This document shows positions 39,722-51,100 of a stretch of DNA of 64,000 nucleotides, piece by piece. The position numbers and the translations under genes were made by a program. Every line of letters starts with the position of its first letter. Within the stretch, counting starts at the first letter, position 1. A model generated the notes under the pieces. The model saw only the letters and a list, made by a program, of their open reading frames with translations, ran no database searches and was not told the DNA's origin. The stretch spans positions 1,104,916-1,168,915 of the forward strand of contig NZ_CP020921.1 of the NCBI RefSeq assembly GCF_003057965.1. Reading direction: 5' to 3'. Source of the DNA: Thermodesulfobium acidiphilum (GTDB lineage Bacteria > Thermodesulfobiota > Thermodesulfobiia > Thermodesulfobiales > Thermodesulfobiaceae).

Positions 39722-40596
39722 GGTGTAAATTGTTTGACAAAAAATTGCAAGCAAAGATAATTATCGACGCTTTGCCCTACTTTAAGCAATTTAATAATCA
39801 GGTAATCGTAATTAAATATGGAGGTTCAATTTTAGAAGTAGAAGATGTAAATGATGCACTATTTCAGGACATTGTTCTCCTTAGCTATTTGGGGGTAAAG
39901 ATCGTACTTATACATGGTGGAGGACCTGAAATCTCAAGATGGCAAAAAATCCTTAATATAGAAACAAAATTTATAGAAGGTTTAAGAGTTACCGACTCAA
40001 AAACTATGGAAATAACTGAAATGATCCTATCTGGAAAGGTAAACAAAAACATAGTTGCAAAAATCCAGAGTTATGGAGGAAAGGCAGTTGGCATATGTGG
40101 TAAAGATGGTGGAACTATAGTAGCAAAGAAGAAATCTGAACAATATGGTTTTGTGGGAGAAATAGTAGATATAAATCCTTCTCTACTTGCAGCACTTGTA
40201 AATTCAAATTATGTTCCCGTCATGTCCCCAATAGCCTACGACGAAGACGGCTCATCTCTGAACATAAACGCAGATTTTGTTGCTGGAAAAATTGCAATTT
40301 CTCTTAAGGCAAAAAGGCTATTGTATCTCACAGACGTGCCAGGAATATTGTTAAACAAAGATGATCCATCTTCGGTTGTTTCCAAAATTAAAACAACTCA
40401 GATAGATAGTCTTATAGAAGAAGGTATCCTTTCAAGGGGTATGATACCAAAAACCCTTTCTGCAAAGGAGGCTATTGAATCTGGAGTAGAGGCCGTTCAC
40501 ATTATTGATGGAAGAGAACCTCATTCGCTTTTACTTGAGGTACTTACCCCTGAAGGAGTAGGAACTATGATTGTCAGTGAGAGTTATGACAAATAA
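39718..40596 (+). CDS. argB: Acetylglutamate kinase
   Basis: IKYGGS, HGGGPEI, GLRVTD, NINAD and GMIPK motifs. Confidence 0.95.
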   Translation: MRCKLFDKKLQAKIIIDALPYFKQFNNQVIVIKYGGSILEVEDVNDALFQDIVLLSYLGVKIVLIHGGGPEISRWQKILNIETKFIEGLRVTDSKTMEITEMILSGKVNKNIVAKIQSYGGKAVGICGKDGGTIVAKKKSEQYGFVGEIVDINPSLLAALVNSNYVPVMSPIAYDEDGSSLNINADFVAGKIAISLKAKRLLYLTDVPGILLNKDDPSSVVSKIKTTQIDSLIEEGILSRGMIPKTLSAKEAIESGVEAVHIIDGREPHSLLLEVLTPEGVGTMIVSESYDK

Positions 40597-40843
40597 ACCG
40601 ATACTATATACATTCCCTGGGAACAAATATTGTCAAATATTAGAAAAATATATAAAAGAGAGAGATCTGGATATTGAGATTGTTTCAATTTATAATATAT
40701 ATTGTTCTAATTTAAAAAAGGATAATGTTAAAGAAATCTTTAAAAAAATTGGCACTGAAACTTTGCCAATATTAAAGTTTAACAATAAATACTATTCTGA
40801 ATTTAATGAGATAGAAAGGATATTGATCAAAATTGACAATTAG
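40586..40843 (+). CDS. Small glutaredoxin-like protein (NxxC site)
   Basis: LYTFPGNKYC and TLPIL match glutaredoxin spacing; overlaps argB stop and groES start. Confidence 0.55.
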   Translation: MTNKPILYTFPGNKYCQILEKYIKERDLDIEIVSIYNIYCSNLKKDNVKEIFKKIGTETLPILKFNNKYYSEFNEIERILIKIDN

Positions 40844-41096
40844 ACCACTTGATAACATGGTGCTTGTGAGAGTAATGAGTCCAAGCGATAGGACCTCATC
40901 AGGAATCCTTATACCAGAAACGGTTAAAGAAAGTCCCAAAGAAGGACTTGTAATAGCAATTGGTGATTCTACAGAAATAAAGGTAAAGGTAGGAGACCAA
41001 GTAATATTTGCTAGAGATACGGGATTTGAGATAAATTATGAGGGAAACTCTTATCTTATTTTGCCTAACAAAGCTATCCTTGCAGTAATAGAATAA
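40833..41096 (+). CDS. groES: Co-chaperonin GroES (Cpn10)
   Basis: IRPLDNMVLV, TSSGILIP mobile loop, G.VIAIG, VKVGDQV and ILAVIE. Confidence 0.88.
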   Translation: MTIRPLDNMVLVRVMSPSDRTSSGILIPETVKESPKEGLVIAIGDSTEIKVKVGDQVIFARDTGFEINYEGNSYLILPNKAILAVIE

Positions 41097-41101
41097 CAAT
41101 T

Positions 41102-42016
41102 GTGAACAAGGTTTTTATTTTACTAGGACAAACCTGCACTGGGAAAACGAATGTTTCTATTGAAATAGCACAAAAACTGCCAATAGAGATAATCTCAGCA
41201 GATTCAAGGCAGGTTTATAGGTATATGAATATTGGTACTGCAAAACCAACAAAAGAGGAAATGAAAGGCGTCCCTCATTATCTAATTGATATAATATATC
41301 CAGATGAAGAATTTAATGCGTTTATTTTCCAGTCAAAAGCTTTAGAGATAATCGAAGATGTTGTTAATAGATCTAAAATTCCCTTAATCGTTGGAGGAAC
41401 TGCCCTTTATTTAAAAGGTTTAATAGAGGGATATAATTTTGCATTTGGAACTAAAAACAGAGAAATAAGGAACAGACTCATGGCAATAGGATTAGAAAAA
41501 GGTTTCGAACACCTACATCACAGGCTTACAGAAATAGACCCAGATTATGCAAAAACAATTTCTCCGACTGATAAAATAAGAATAATTAGAGCTTTAGAAG
41601 TATATGAAGTTTCAGGTTTATCATTTTCTCAGGCAGCAAAAAATTCAGAAAGAAGATACGAATATAAAATTTTTGGTCTTAAAATAGAAAGAAATTTGCT
41701 TTACGAAAGAATTAATAAAAGAGTTGATCTAATGATTCAAAACAACCTTATTGATGAAGTAAAATTTCTTATCGATAAATATGATATAAACACTAAAGCA
41801 TTTCAAACTTATGGTTATAAAGAAATAATTGATTATTTAGTAAATAATTTGCCTTTAAATGAAGCAATTGAACTTATAAAAAAGAACACAAGAAATTTTG
41901 CAAAACGTCAAATGACATGGTTTAAAAAAATGAATGCTGAATGGATTGAAAACATAGATTATAATATTAGTGCAAATTACTTGATAAAAAAAATTAAGGA
42001 GGAACTTTATTGGTGA
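41102..42016 (+). CDS. miaA: tRNA dimethylallyltransferase
   Basis: GQTCTGKT, SADSRQVYRYMNIGTAKP, VGGT and TRNFAKRQMTWF motifs. Confidence 0.96.
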   Translation: MNKVFILLGQTCTGKTNVSIEIAQKLPIEIISADSRQVYRYMNIGTAKPTKEEMKGVPHYLIDIIYPDEEFNAFIFQSKALEIIEDVVNRSKIPLIVGGTALYLKGLIEGYNFAFGTKNREIRNRLMAIGLEKGFEHLHHRLTEIDPDYAKTISPTDKIRIIRALEVYEVSGLSFSQAAKNSERRYEYKIFGLKIERNLLYERINKRVDLMIQNNLIDEVKFLIDKYDINTKAFQTYGYKEIIDYLVNNLPLNEAIELIKKNTRNFAKRQMTWFKKMNAEWIENIDYNISANYLIKKIKEELYW

Positions 42017-42861
42017 AGTTTTACAAAATGCACGGAACAGGCAATGATTTTGTCATGCTTTTGCCAGAAGAATCCAAATATGTAGAATCAAAGAATCCTT
42101 CAGAAATTTCTAAACAATTGTGTGATAGACATTTCGGAATCGGTTCAGACGGACTAATCCTTATGTTATCATCTGACAAAGCGGATTTGAAGATGAGAAT
42201 CTTTAATGCAGATGGTAGCGAGGCAGAAATGTGCGGAAATGGTATTAGGTGCTTTGCCAAATTGGCAAAAGATATGAATATAATTAATAAAGATAAAATA
42301 GAAGTAGAAACGCTTGCAGGCATTATTGTCCCAGAAATTATAAAATCTGATGGTAAAAATTCATTAATAAGAGTAAATATGGGCATTCCAAATCTAAAAC
42401 CCGAATCAATACCGATATTAGGATTTGAGGGAAAGGATTCAGTTATAAACCAAAGAATTCAGATCAACGATAAAACGTTTTTAAACGTAACGTGCGTTTC
42501 AATGGGCAATCCTCACTGCATAATTTTTATGGATTACGACATAAAGAGTTTCCCGATTGAAGGCATTGCTCCAGATGTCGAACATTCAGCATGGTTTCCA
42601 AAAAAAACAAACGTTGAATTTGCAAGGGTTATTTCGAAAAACGATATAGAGTTAAGAGTTTGGGAAAGAGGAGTAGGTGAAACATTGGCCTGTGGTACTG
42701 GAGCTTGTGCGACAGCTGTTGCTGCAAAATTAAATGGCTTTACGAACGGAAAAGTAAACATTCATTTACCAGGCGGAATTCTTCATATAGAATATGAAAC
42801 AAGCAATGTTTTCATGACAGCAACCGCTACGTTGGTTTTTGAAGGTATAATCGAAATATAA
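42010..42861 (+). CDS. dapF: Diaminopimelate epimerase
   Basis: KMHGTGNDF, EMCGNGIRC, SMGNPH and ERGVGETLACGTGA motifs. Confidence 0.96.
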   Translation: MVKFYKMHGTGNDFVMLLPEESKYVESKNPSEISKQLCDRHFGIGSDGLILMLSSDKADLKMRIFNADGSEAEMCGNGIRCFAKLAKDMNIINKDKIEVETLAGIIVPEIIKSDGKNSLIRVNMGIPNLKPESIPILGFEGKDSVINQRIQINDKTFLNVTCVSMGNPHCIIFMDYDIKSFPIEGIAPDVEHSAWFPKKTNVEFARVISKNDIELRVWERGVGETLACGTGACATAVAAKLNGFTNGKVNIHLPGGILHIEYETSNVFMTATATLVFEGIIEI

Positions 42862-42891
42862 GTTTAAAAATTAATTTTAGGAGGATATAAA

Positions 42892-44241
42892 TTGAATTAT
42901 TCAAAAACATACGAATCATCCACAAAAGTTGAATTTGACGTTATATTTCCAAAAGAAGAGATTGAAAGCGAATGGAATCAAACCTTTAATCTAATTGCAA
43001 ATAGGACAAATATTGCAGGCTTTAGAAAAGGTAGAGTACCAAGAAACATATTAGAAAGGATAATACGAGATGAAGACATTATAGAAAACTTAAAGGAAAC
43101 GCTGTTAAGAAAAACGTTCAACAAAATAAAGGATGAACAAGGCGATGAAAATCTTTACAACATTTTCAAAGAAGATGAATCAGAAATTCAGAAGGATAAA
43201 GAATATAAGTTTAAGATAGTATTTGAATACTGGCCTGATCCAGAATTAGGAGACTATAGGTCAATAAGGATTAAGGCCAATGAGGTGTCTGTTTCTGATG
43301 AAGAATTAGAAAAACAGCTAAACCTAATTCTTCAAAGTTTTGCCAAGTGGAACAATGTAGAAGATGGTGAAATACAATTAAAGGACGTTGTAGAAATAAC
43401 TATGGAAACAAAAGACGAAAATAACGAAGAAGTAAAAGAGTATACTGGAAAATCAGCTATTTCTATAAATCCCGATATAAATGATAGGCTAAAACCTCTT
43501 AGAAATGCCTTATTAGGAAAAAGAGTTGGCGACGAAGTAGAATGTGATATTGAATTGGAGTCCAAACGTGCGCACGTAAAAGCAAAAGTTGATTCAATAA
43601 GAAGAAAAGAATTATCAAATTGGTCTGATATAGATCTTCAAGCACACTTCCAGGTAGAAAGCCTTGAAGAGCTCAAAGAACAGCAAAAAAGCATATTGCT
43701 TATGAACAAACTCCAACTAGAAATTGAAAATCAGAAAAATGAAATTTTGAACAAAATAAGAGAGATGAGCAAAATTTATATTCCAGAAACTGCTCTTCAA
43801 TTAGAAAAGCAGCAATATATAAATGACTTAGAAAAGAGGATAAAAAATAGACAGGTTTCAAAAGAGGAAATAGACGCATTAAATAGCGGTAAAGATGAAT
43901 TCTCTAAGTTTGCAGATTCAGTAGTAAAAAAATCAATAGAAGAACTCTTGATAATTGAAAAAATTTCTAAAGACCTGGGTATAGTAGTTGAAGATGCAGA
44001 AATAGAACAAAGACTTAGAGCATATAGAAAGGATCTGGGAGAATCAGATCTTGATAAGTGGATTCTTGATTTAAAAAATGACAAAAGAACCTGGAGACAG
44101 TTAATTGCAGATGTAAAAAGAGAAAGAGTTTTTTCGGCTCTCTTAACAATGTGTGTTGAAAGAGAAGAAAAAGATGATACGAATCAAAACGCTGAGGAAG
44201 TTCAGTTAAAGAGTGAAAGCTTAGAAGGCGAAATAAAGTAG
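42892..44241 (+). CDS. tig: Trigger factor (divergent)
   Basis: GFRKGRVP ribosome-binding motif, 449 aa, tig-clpP-clpX synteny. Confidence 0.88.
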   Translation: MNYSKTYESSTKVEFDVIFPKEEIESEWNQTFNLIANRTNIAGFRKGRVPRNILERIIRDEDIIENLKETLLRKTFNKIKDEQGDENLYNIFKEDESEIQKDKEYKFKIVFEYWPDPELGDYRSIRIKANEVSVSDEELEKQLNLILQSFAKWNNVEDGEIQLKDVVEITMETKDENNEEVKEYTGKSAISINPDINDRLKPLRNALLGKRVGDEVECDIELESKRAHVKAKVDSIRRKELSNWSDIDLQAHFQVESLEELKEQQKSILLMNKLQLEIENQKNEILNKIREMSKIYIPETALQLEKQQYINDLEKRIKNRQVSKEEIDALNSGKDEFSKFADSVVKKSIEELLIIEKISKDLGIVVEDAEIEQRLRAYRKDLGESDLDKWILDLKNDKRTWRQLIADVKRERVFSALLTMCVEREEKDDTNQNAEEVQLKSESLEGEIK

Positions 44242-44271
44242 TTAAAAAAATAAAGGATGGTGAAATAACAA

Positions 44272-44871
44272 ATGAACATTTCAAGTGGTATTCTCATACC
44301 TACAGTTACCGAAAGAACCTCCTATGGAGAAAGAGTTTACGACATATATTCAAAACTTTTAAATGACAGAATCATATTCTTAGGAACTGCAATAAACGAA
44401 GACGTAGCAAATCTTGTAGTAGCCCAAATGCTTTTTTTAGAGGCAGATGACCCCAATAGAGACATTTACCTTTATATAAACAGCCCTGGGGGAATTGTAA
44501 CTGCGGGCCTTGCTATTTATGACACCATGCAATATGTAAAATCACCAGTTAACACAATTTGTTTTGGCCAGGCGGCAAGTATGGCTGCAGTAATTCTGGC
44601 CGCGGGAGAAAAAGGTAAAAGATATTGCTTGCCTAATTCAAGAGTCCTTATACATCAACCTTTAGGTGGAGCTGAAGGCCAAGCTACAGACATTGCTATC
44701 CAAGCCAAAGAAATATTAAAGATAAAGGACACGTTAAATCAAATACTAGCTAAGCATACGGGGAAGAATATCACCAAAATTAAAAATGATACAGAAAGAG
44801 ATTTCTATATGGATGCCGTTCAAGCCAAAGAATATGGCATAGTTGATGAAATTTTAGAAAAGAGAGAGTAG
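44272..44871 (+). CDS. clpP: ATP-dependent Clp protease proteolytic subunit
   Basis: YINSPGG, AASMA (catalytic Ser), IHQP and ERD motifs. Confidence 0.97.
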   Translation: MNISSGILIPTVTERTSYGERVYDIYSKLLNDRIIFLGTAINEDVANLVVAQMLFLEADDPNRDIYLYINSPGGIVTAGLAIYDTMQYVKSPVNTICFGQAASMAAVILAAGEKGKRYCLPNSRVLIHQPLGGAEGQATDIAIQAKEILKIKDTLNQILAKHTGKNITKIKNDTERDFYMDAVQAKEYGIVDEILEKRE

Positions 44872-44880
44872 GAAATAACT

Positions 44881-46122
44881 ATGGATAACGATAATTTACA
44901 GAGATGTTCCTTTTGTGGCAGAAGTTCTAAAGAAGTAGAAAAATTCTTCTCGGGGAAAAATGGAGCTTTAATTTGCAGTGACTGTATAAAAATTGCAAAT
45001 AAAATACTGGAAAGAGAAGAAAGAGAAAAAATTCTCGAAAATTATAACAGCACTATAAACAACTTAAAACCAAAAGAAATATTTGCAAAGCTATCCGAAT
45101 ACGTAATTGGTCAGGAGAATGTAAAAAAGGTTCTATCAGTTGCAGTATATAATCACTATAAAAGAATAATGCAAGATAAGACTGACAACGACGTAGAAAT
45201 TTTAAAAAGCAACGTCTTATTAATTGGTCCAACTGGAACAGGAAAAACACTTTTGGCACAAACCCTTGCAAAAATACTAAACGTTCCATTTGCCATCGCA
45301 GATGCCACTACTCTAACAGAGGCAGGTTATGTAGGGGAAGACGTTGAAAATGTTCTTCTTAGGTTAATTCAAGCAGCAAACTACGATATACATGCTGCAG
45401 AAAAAGGAATTGTTTACATAGATGAGATAGATAAAATTGGCAGAAAGTCTGAAAATACTTCAATAACAAGGGATGTATCAGGAGAAGGAGTCCAACAGGC
45501 ATTATTAAAAATCCTTGAAGGCACAATAGCAAACGTGCCACCTCAAGGAGGAAGAAAACATCCTCAACAAGAGTTTATACAGATCAATACTGAAAACATA
45601 CTTTTTATTTGTGGCGGTTCTTTCGAAAAGATTGAAGAAAAGGTATATTCTAGAATTGGCAAAAAAAATATAGGATTCATATCAAAAAGCAAAATTGATA
45701 GAGAGATCAAAGAAGAGGAAGAAAAATGGAAAATTTTACAAGAGAATATTCTTCCAGAAGATTTAATTCATTTTGGTCTTATCCCAGAATTAGTTGGTAG
45801 ATTGCCCATTATTTCAGTCTTAAGTCCTCTTGATGAAATATTACTTAAGAAAATACTTACTGAACCTAAAAATGCAATTTTAAAACAATACAAAAAGCTC
45901 TTAGAAATGGATAATATAACCCTAAACTTTACTGAAGAATCTCTAGATTATATCGTAAAGGAAGCGATAAAGAGAAATACAGGTGCAAGAGGGCTAAGGG
46001 CTATAATGGAAACTATTATGCTTGATATTATGTTTGACACAGCTTCATTCACACAAAATGGAACTCTTGATATTGACGAAAAATTTGTAGAAGCGAAGTT
46101 AACTCCAAAAAAAGTAAGCTAA
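44881..46122 (+). CDS. clpX: ATP-dependent Clp protease ATP-binding subunit
   Basis: CSFC/CSDC zinc finger, [19 protein letters not shown] and IGF loops. Confidence 0.97.
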   Translation: MDNDNLQRCSFCGRSSKEVEKFFSGKNGALICSDCIKIANKILEREEREKILENYNSTINNLKPKEIFAKLSEYVIGQENVKKVLSVAVYNHYKRIMQDKTDNDVEILKSNVLLIGPTGTGKTLLAQTLAKILNVPFAIADATTLTEAGYVGEDVENVLLRLIQAANYDIHAAEKGIVYIDEIDKIGRKSENTSITRDVSGEGVQQALLKILEGTIANVPPQGGRKHPQQEFIQINTENILFICGGSFEKIEEKVYSRIGKKNIGFISKSKIDREIKEEEEKWKILQENILPEDLIHFGLIPELVGRLPIISVLSPLDEILLKKILTEPKNAILKQYKKLLEMDNITLNFTEESLDYIVKEAIKRNTGARGLRAIMETIMLDIMFDTASFTQNGTLDIDEKFVEAKLTPKKVS

Positions 46123-46161
46123 AAAAATTGCAGCTGTTAAGGAGTTTTAACAGCTGCAATT
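46121..46161. terminator. Terminator between clpX and the convergent genes
   Basis: Perfect 15-bp stem AATTGCAGCTGTTAA/TTAACAGCTGCAATT with a preceding A-run (U-tract on the minus strand). Confidence 0.82.
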
Positions 46162-46169
46162 AGCAAATT

Positions 46170-46427
46170 TTATTTCTTTTCCTCTTCTTCAAAAATCCTT
46201 AAATATTGATCAATAATAAACTCTAAATATATGCATTTTTGGCCTTCCATACACAGATCTGCATCTCTTTTGTCGAGATATGCATATCTTTTTAAATTCC
46301 CTTTAAAAAAGGTTATCAACCAAGCGTCTTTATCTTTTTCGAATACAACACTGAAATTCAGTTTATTTTCTCCCAAATTTGGATATATTTCTCTTAATTT
46401 GTTTGCCAAACCTACAGCAGTATACAT
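46170..46427 (-). CDS. Small hypothetical protein
   Basis: 85 aa, AAGGAG SD, LD..DA..C..G..C motif. Confidence 0.7.
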   Translation of the reverse strand: MYTAVGLANKLREIYPNLGENKLNFSVVFEKDKDAWLITFFKGNLKRYAYLDKRDADLCMEGQKCIYLEFIIDQYLRIFEEEEKK

Positions 46428-46472
46428 TAGTCTCTCCTTTAAATTTTGATATTTCTTTTAAATATACCAAAT

Positions 46473-47006
46473 TTAATTATTGCTATCAAGCCTTCTCGCG
46501 TTAGCAGAATCTCTTTCTGAGCTTGCATAATTACCCAATGCATAATATGCGCTTACTCTATTAAAATATGCTACAGACATATTTGAGTTAATCTCTATTG
46601 CGCTGTTATATGCAATGACTGCCTTAGTGAATTCACGCAAATCATAATAGCTAACACCTAGATTGTTATAATAGCTTACATTTTTTGAGTTTAGCTCTAT
46701 TGCCTTTGAAAAATCTTGAATTGCTTTGTCGTATTCGTGCAATTTGAAATATGAGTTTGCCCTATTTACATAAGCGTCGACAAGTTTTGGATTTGACTCT
46801 ATAGCCAGATTATAAAATGATATAGCTTTAAAATACTCTTTCTTATCAAAAAATGAATTTGCCGAATTTAAATATCCCCTATAATTTCCATTGAAAAATA
46901 GAAGTGGAAATAAAAATATTAAAAATACAACAAAAACGCTAATAAGAAAAAATTTTTTAACTGTTAAATCTACCCCTTTGTCAAATTTTTGTCTCTCTAA
47001 AATCAA
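46473..47006 (-). CDS. Membrane-anchored TPR protein
   Basis: N-terminal TM segment then 3-4 TPRs (AYVNRANSY...AIQDFSKAIEL); start uncertain. Confidence 0.75.
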   Translation of the reverse strand: MILERQKFDKGVDLTVKKFFLISVFVVFLIFLFPLLFFNGNYRGYLNSANSFFDKKEYFKAISFYNLAIESNPKLVDAYVNRANSYFKLHEYDKAIQDFSKAIELNSKNVSYYNNLGVSYYDLREFTKAVIAYNSAIEINSNMSVAYFNRVSAYYALGNYASSERDSANARRLDSNN

Positions 47007-47027
47007 TCTAACTCTTCATAACACACC

Positions 47028-48075
47028 CTATTTTAATAGCGCTTCATTAGCTTTACAAAAATAACACTGTGTGTCCGTTAAAGACACACTTGTATTTTCA
47101 TATATCTCTCTATTTGTTTTCTGTATGTACTTTCTTTTGTGAATTTCTTCCCCGCAATAGCCATTAACCTTAGTATGAAATAACTTTTCAGTCATCTTAT
47201 TTTGTGCAAGAATTTTTTTGTCTTTGTAATTAGTCAGGCAGGAGCAGGCAAACCTTTCAGTATTAATTTGAGTCGTTCTTTCTTAATCTTGTTTTCTTCT
47301 TCCAACTTTTTTTGTTCACTAATATCCTTTACAATCCCAACTGAATACCAATTATCCTTAAAATTAAAAATTGATAAGGAAACTTCTATAAAAACCTCTT
47401 TTCCATCTTTATGTCTTGCTTTCATTTCTACTGCTCTATCTAAGGAATTTCCTTTTCCTTCTAAAAAGTTATGCTTTATCTCCTCAATATAAGACTTATA
47501 GTAACTAGCTGAAACCAAAAATTGGTCCAATTTCTTCCAAATAACCTCTTCCCAAGAATAGCCAAAGAGCTTTTCCGCAGCTTTATTCCAAAAGGTTACC
47601 CTATCCTGGTCATCGGTAATTATAATAGTATCTCGAACTGAGTTAATGACCACATCAAATTTTAGTTGGGCCTCTTGCATCTCATCTTCTATCAAAACTC
47701 CTTCTGTAACGTCAGAGATAAAGGCAATGCATAGATTTTTGCCCCTGTAGTTAATAAGCTACACGCTCACCTCTACAGGATAAAGAGTGCCGTCTTTTCT
47801 GCGATACTGAGTTTTAAAGGAAATACTTCCCCCTTTTCACCACTTATCAAGGGTTCAAGCAGCCTCTTAAAGCGATCCACGCTCATCTCTAGCTTCAAGT
47901 CAACTGGTGTCATAGCGCTTAGCTCTTTTGATGAAGATCCTAAATTCTTCCTGGCAGTATGGTTCACAGCAAAAAATTTTAAACTCTTTGGATAAAAAAT
48001 ATATATCTCATTAATAGATTTCTCAAAAAGCTGTCTCAAAAAGCTCTTTTTTCTCAAGTCAATTCTGAAATCCAA
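47028..48075 (-). pseudogene. Fragmented multi-PAS sensor pseudogene
   Basis: PAS fragments join across a frameshift near 47830, an in-frame TAG at ~47760, TGA at 47234 and a frameshift near 47225; no output domain follows. Confidence 0.82.
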
Positions 48076-48119
48076 CCTATTCTCCAGATTAAAGTCTCCA
48101 AAAAATTTATTTATAACCC

Positions 48120-51100
48120 TTAAATGTTACCTAAAATTTCACCAAGCTCATCTCTTGGCATCGGCCTATAGAACAAATATCCCTGAAAGTAATCACAATT
48201 CATAGATTTTAGAATATCAAACTGCTCTACAGTTTCTACTCCTTCTGCAATTGTCTTTATATTTAGCGAATGTGCAAGAAAAATAATGGAATTTATAATG
48301 TTTCTTGTTTTATAGTTTTCTATATCTCTTATAAACGATATATCTATTTTTAATGTCTCAATGTCGAGCATTGAAAGATATGACAGGGAAGAAAAACCAG
48401 TACCAAAATCATCTAAGGAAAAATATATGCCATATTTTTTTAACTCTCTAATAAGATCTGAAATATAATCAAAGCTGTTTATAAATGCTCTTTCAACAAT
48501 CTCTATTTTCAATAAATCCATTTGCAGGTGATGAAATTTTAGTTTAGAAAATAAATCTTCTCTCAAACTCCTTTGCATCAAACTTTTAGAAGAAAGGTTA
48601 ATTGATATAGGAATCGTTTTTTTAAAAGATTGCAAGTCATCAAGGACATTCTCTATGAGTTGGTGTTCTGCATCTATTATAAGGGGGGTTTTTTCTAAAT
48701 ATTCTATAAAATCAATTGGAGGAATTATTTTACCATCTTTATTCCAGCGCATTAAAGCCTCTGCCCCAACAATTTTTCTATCTTTATTTACATAAGGTTG
48801 ATAAAAGGCAATAAATTCTTTGTTTGCTACCGCAAGATCTAAATCTAACTTTAGTCTTAAAGCTTTTGTAGCCTCTATTTCTAAATCCTGCCTGAAAAAA
48901 CCTATCTGGTTTTCTCCTTTTTCTTTGGCATCTGCAAGAGCTATCATGGCTTTATTTAGTAAATCTTCAGAAGTATTAGCATCCCTAGGAAACAGGCTAA
49001 GTCCTATGTTAAATGAAACAGAAATATTTTTATTCAACATCTCATAGGGTTCTATAATACCACTTAAGATCTTTGAAACTACTATAAGTATGTCCTCTTC
49101 CGCTTTTAAATCTTTAACTAGAATGCCAAATCTGTCAGATTCAAGCTTCGCTATAACATCGTATGCCTTTAGATTGTCCTTCAACCTCTGAGCTATTTTT
49201 TTTAGCATATAATCTCCAACTTCAAAACCATAGGCTTCGTTTATTCTTTTAAAGTTTAGAGGATTTATTATAGCTACTGAAAAAATCTGGTTTTCAGATT
49301 TCGCTCTTTCTAAAAGTTTTTCTAACTCCATTTTAAATGAGTTTAAATTAATTAATCCAGTTGTGCCATCATAATTAACTAATCTGTCTAATTCTCTTAA
49401 AAGCTCATCATCTTTCTCAATTTCCTTACCTACTGCTATATAGTGAGTAATATTTAACCCCTCAAAAAATGGCATTATATTGACATAAAAATCCTTTAAT
49501 AAGCCATTTTTCATCCTATATTTCATTAATCCTGAATAGGTATTTCCGGATTTCAAAATTTTATAAAAGTTTTTTAAAAATTCTTTTGTATGCGTTCTTG
49601 GAGAAAATATAGAGTGGTGTTTACCTATAATCTCATCTTTCGAATAACCAGATATTCTAAGAGCTCTATCATTTACATATACTATGTTAAAATTACTGTC
49701 AGTAACTGCTACAAACTCAAAACCAGCATCCAAAGCACTAAGAGTTATCTTTGAGAACTTTTCATCTTCCAGTTTATTCAGGATAAATTCAATTTGTTGC
49801 TGAATTACTTTAAATAAGTTAAATATCTCATTATTGAAAAGACTTTCAGTAAAAATTAGAACAAGAGAACCAATAATATCTTCTTTAAAGGATATGCTTA
49901 GCGCAATACAAGAATTAAACCCATAAGAGCAAACAAATTCTCTAAATGGGCAAATATCCTGTGAGCAAATGTCTTCTAATAAATATATACCTTTACTGTT
50001 TAGACTCTTTATTAGAGGTTCATCTGATTGTAAAAACTTATTATTTGTAAATAGGCGACCTACCATTTTCGCCTTATCTAAATATCCTTGAAATCTATCA
50101 TCTTTAGCTGAAAAGTAGACAACTTCAAAATTTTTATTACTTTTTAAAACTACATAAGACACTTCCATACCCAGATTTTCAACCAAAAGCATGGGTAAGG
50201 ACGATAAAAATTCTTCCTTTGTTTTTATTTTCAGAGATAAATTGCTAATTTCATACAAGGTATTATAAATCCTTGATTTCAACTCTAATTGATCTTCATA
50301 TTCTACAAGTTTTGTAACATCCATTGATAGATCAACAAAACGATAAACTTCACCATTTTGCATAACAGGTATTATTGTTGAATTAAGATAGAATATTGAA
50401 CCATCCTTTGCTTTGTTTACAAACCTACAAGTACAAGACTCTCCTGCCAGGATCTTTTTCCAAAGCTTTTCATAAAAAGTTTTATCATGATGCCCTGACT
50501 TAAAGATTCTTGGATTCTGACCAATCAACTCTTCTTTAGAATAGCCTGATATATCGGATACAGCCTTGTTTGCGTCTAATATAGTGCCATCTTTATCTGT
50601 AATTACCACCCACTCGTGGGATATAGAAATAGCTTGATTTAAAACAAGCATATTTTTTTGGGATTCAATCTTTTCTAAAGCAAAAGATAAATCCAATTGG
50701 AGTTCTTCTAGAAGGTGTAAATGATCCTCGTCAAAGGAGTATAACGTATCGTTGATCAACAGAATATATTTAACCTTATCCCCTTTAAGAATAGGTATAG
50801 AACAGGTTGAATGTATATTGTAAGCGTTATAAAAATCATGCCAGTATGAAGTATCTATTTGTTTTGCTGCATTTGGTATCAGACTTACTTTCTTTGTATG
50901 ATAAGCTTTTGATACTGAGCCCTTACCATATGGAGTTTGCTCATCTACACCAATCGTCAGATTCCTTACAGTTTCTTCCAATTCTTTTGTCTTTGCTTTT
51001 GTATAAATCTGTTTGAAAAGTAAGTTCTCATCTATATAGCCTATTGTAGAGTACAAAAAACCTGCCTCGTCAACAATTATGTCACAAGATTTTTTCAACA

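Noticed and set aside
47069-47089. Hairpin GTGTGTC-N7-GACACAC
   Set aside because: A 7-bp stem inside the pseudogene coding remnant with no U-tract; probably chance.
47234-47236. In-frame TGA as selenocysteine or programmed readthrough
   Set aside because: It aligns with a hydrophobic position (likely TGG to TGA) and is surrounded by other lesions, so pseudogene decay is the simpler explanation.
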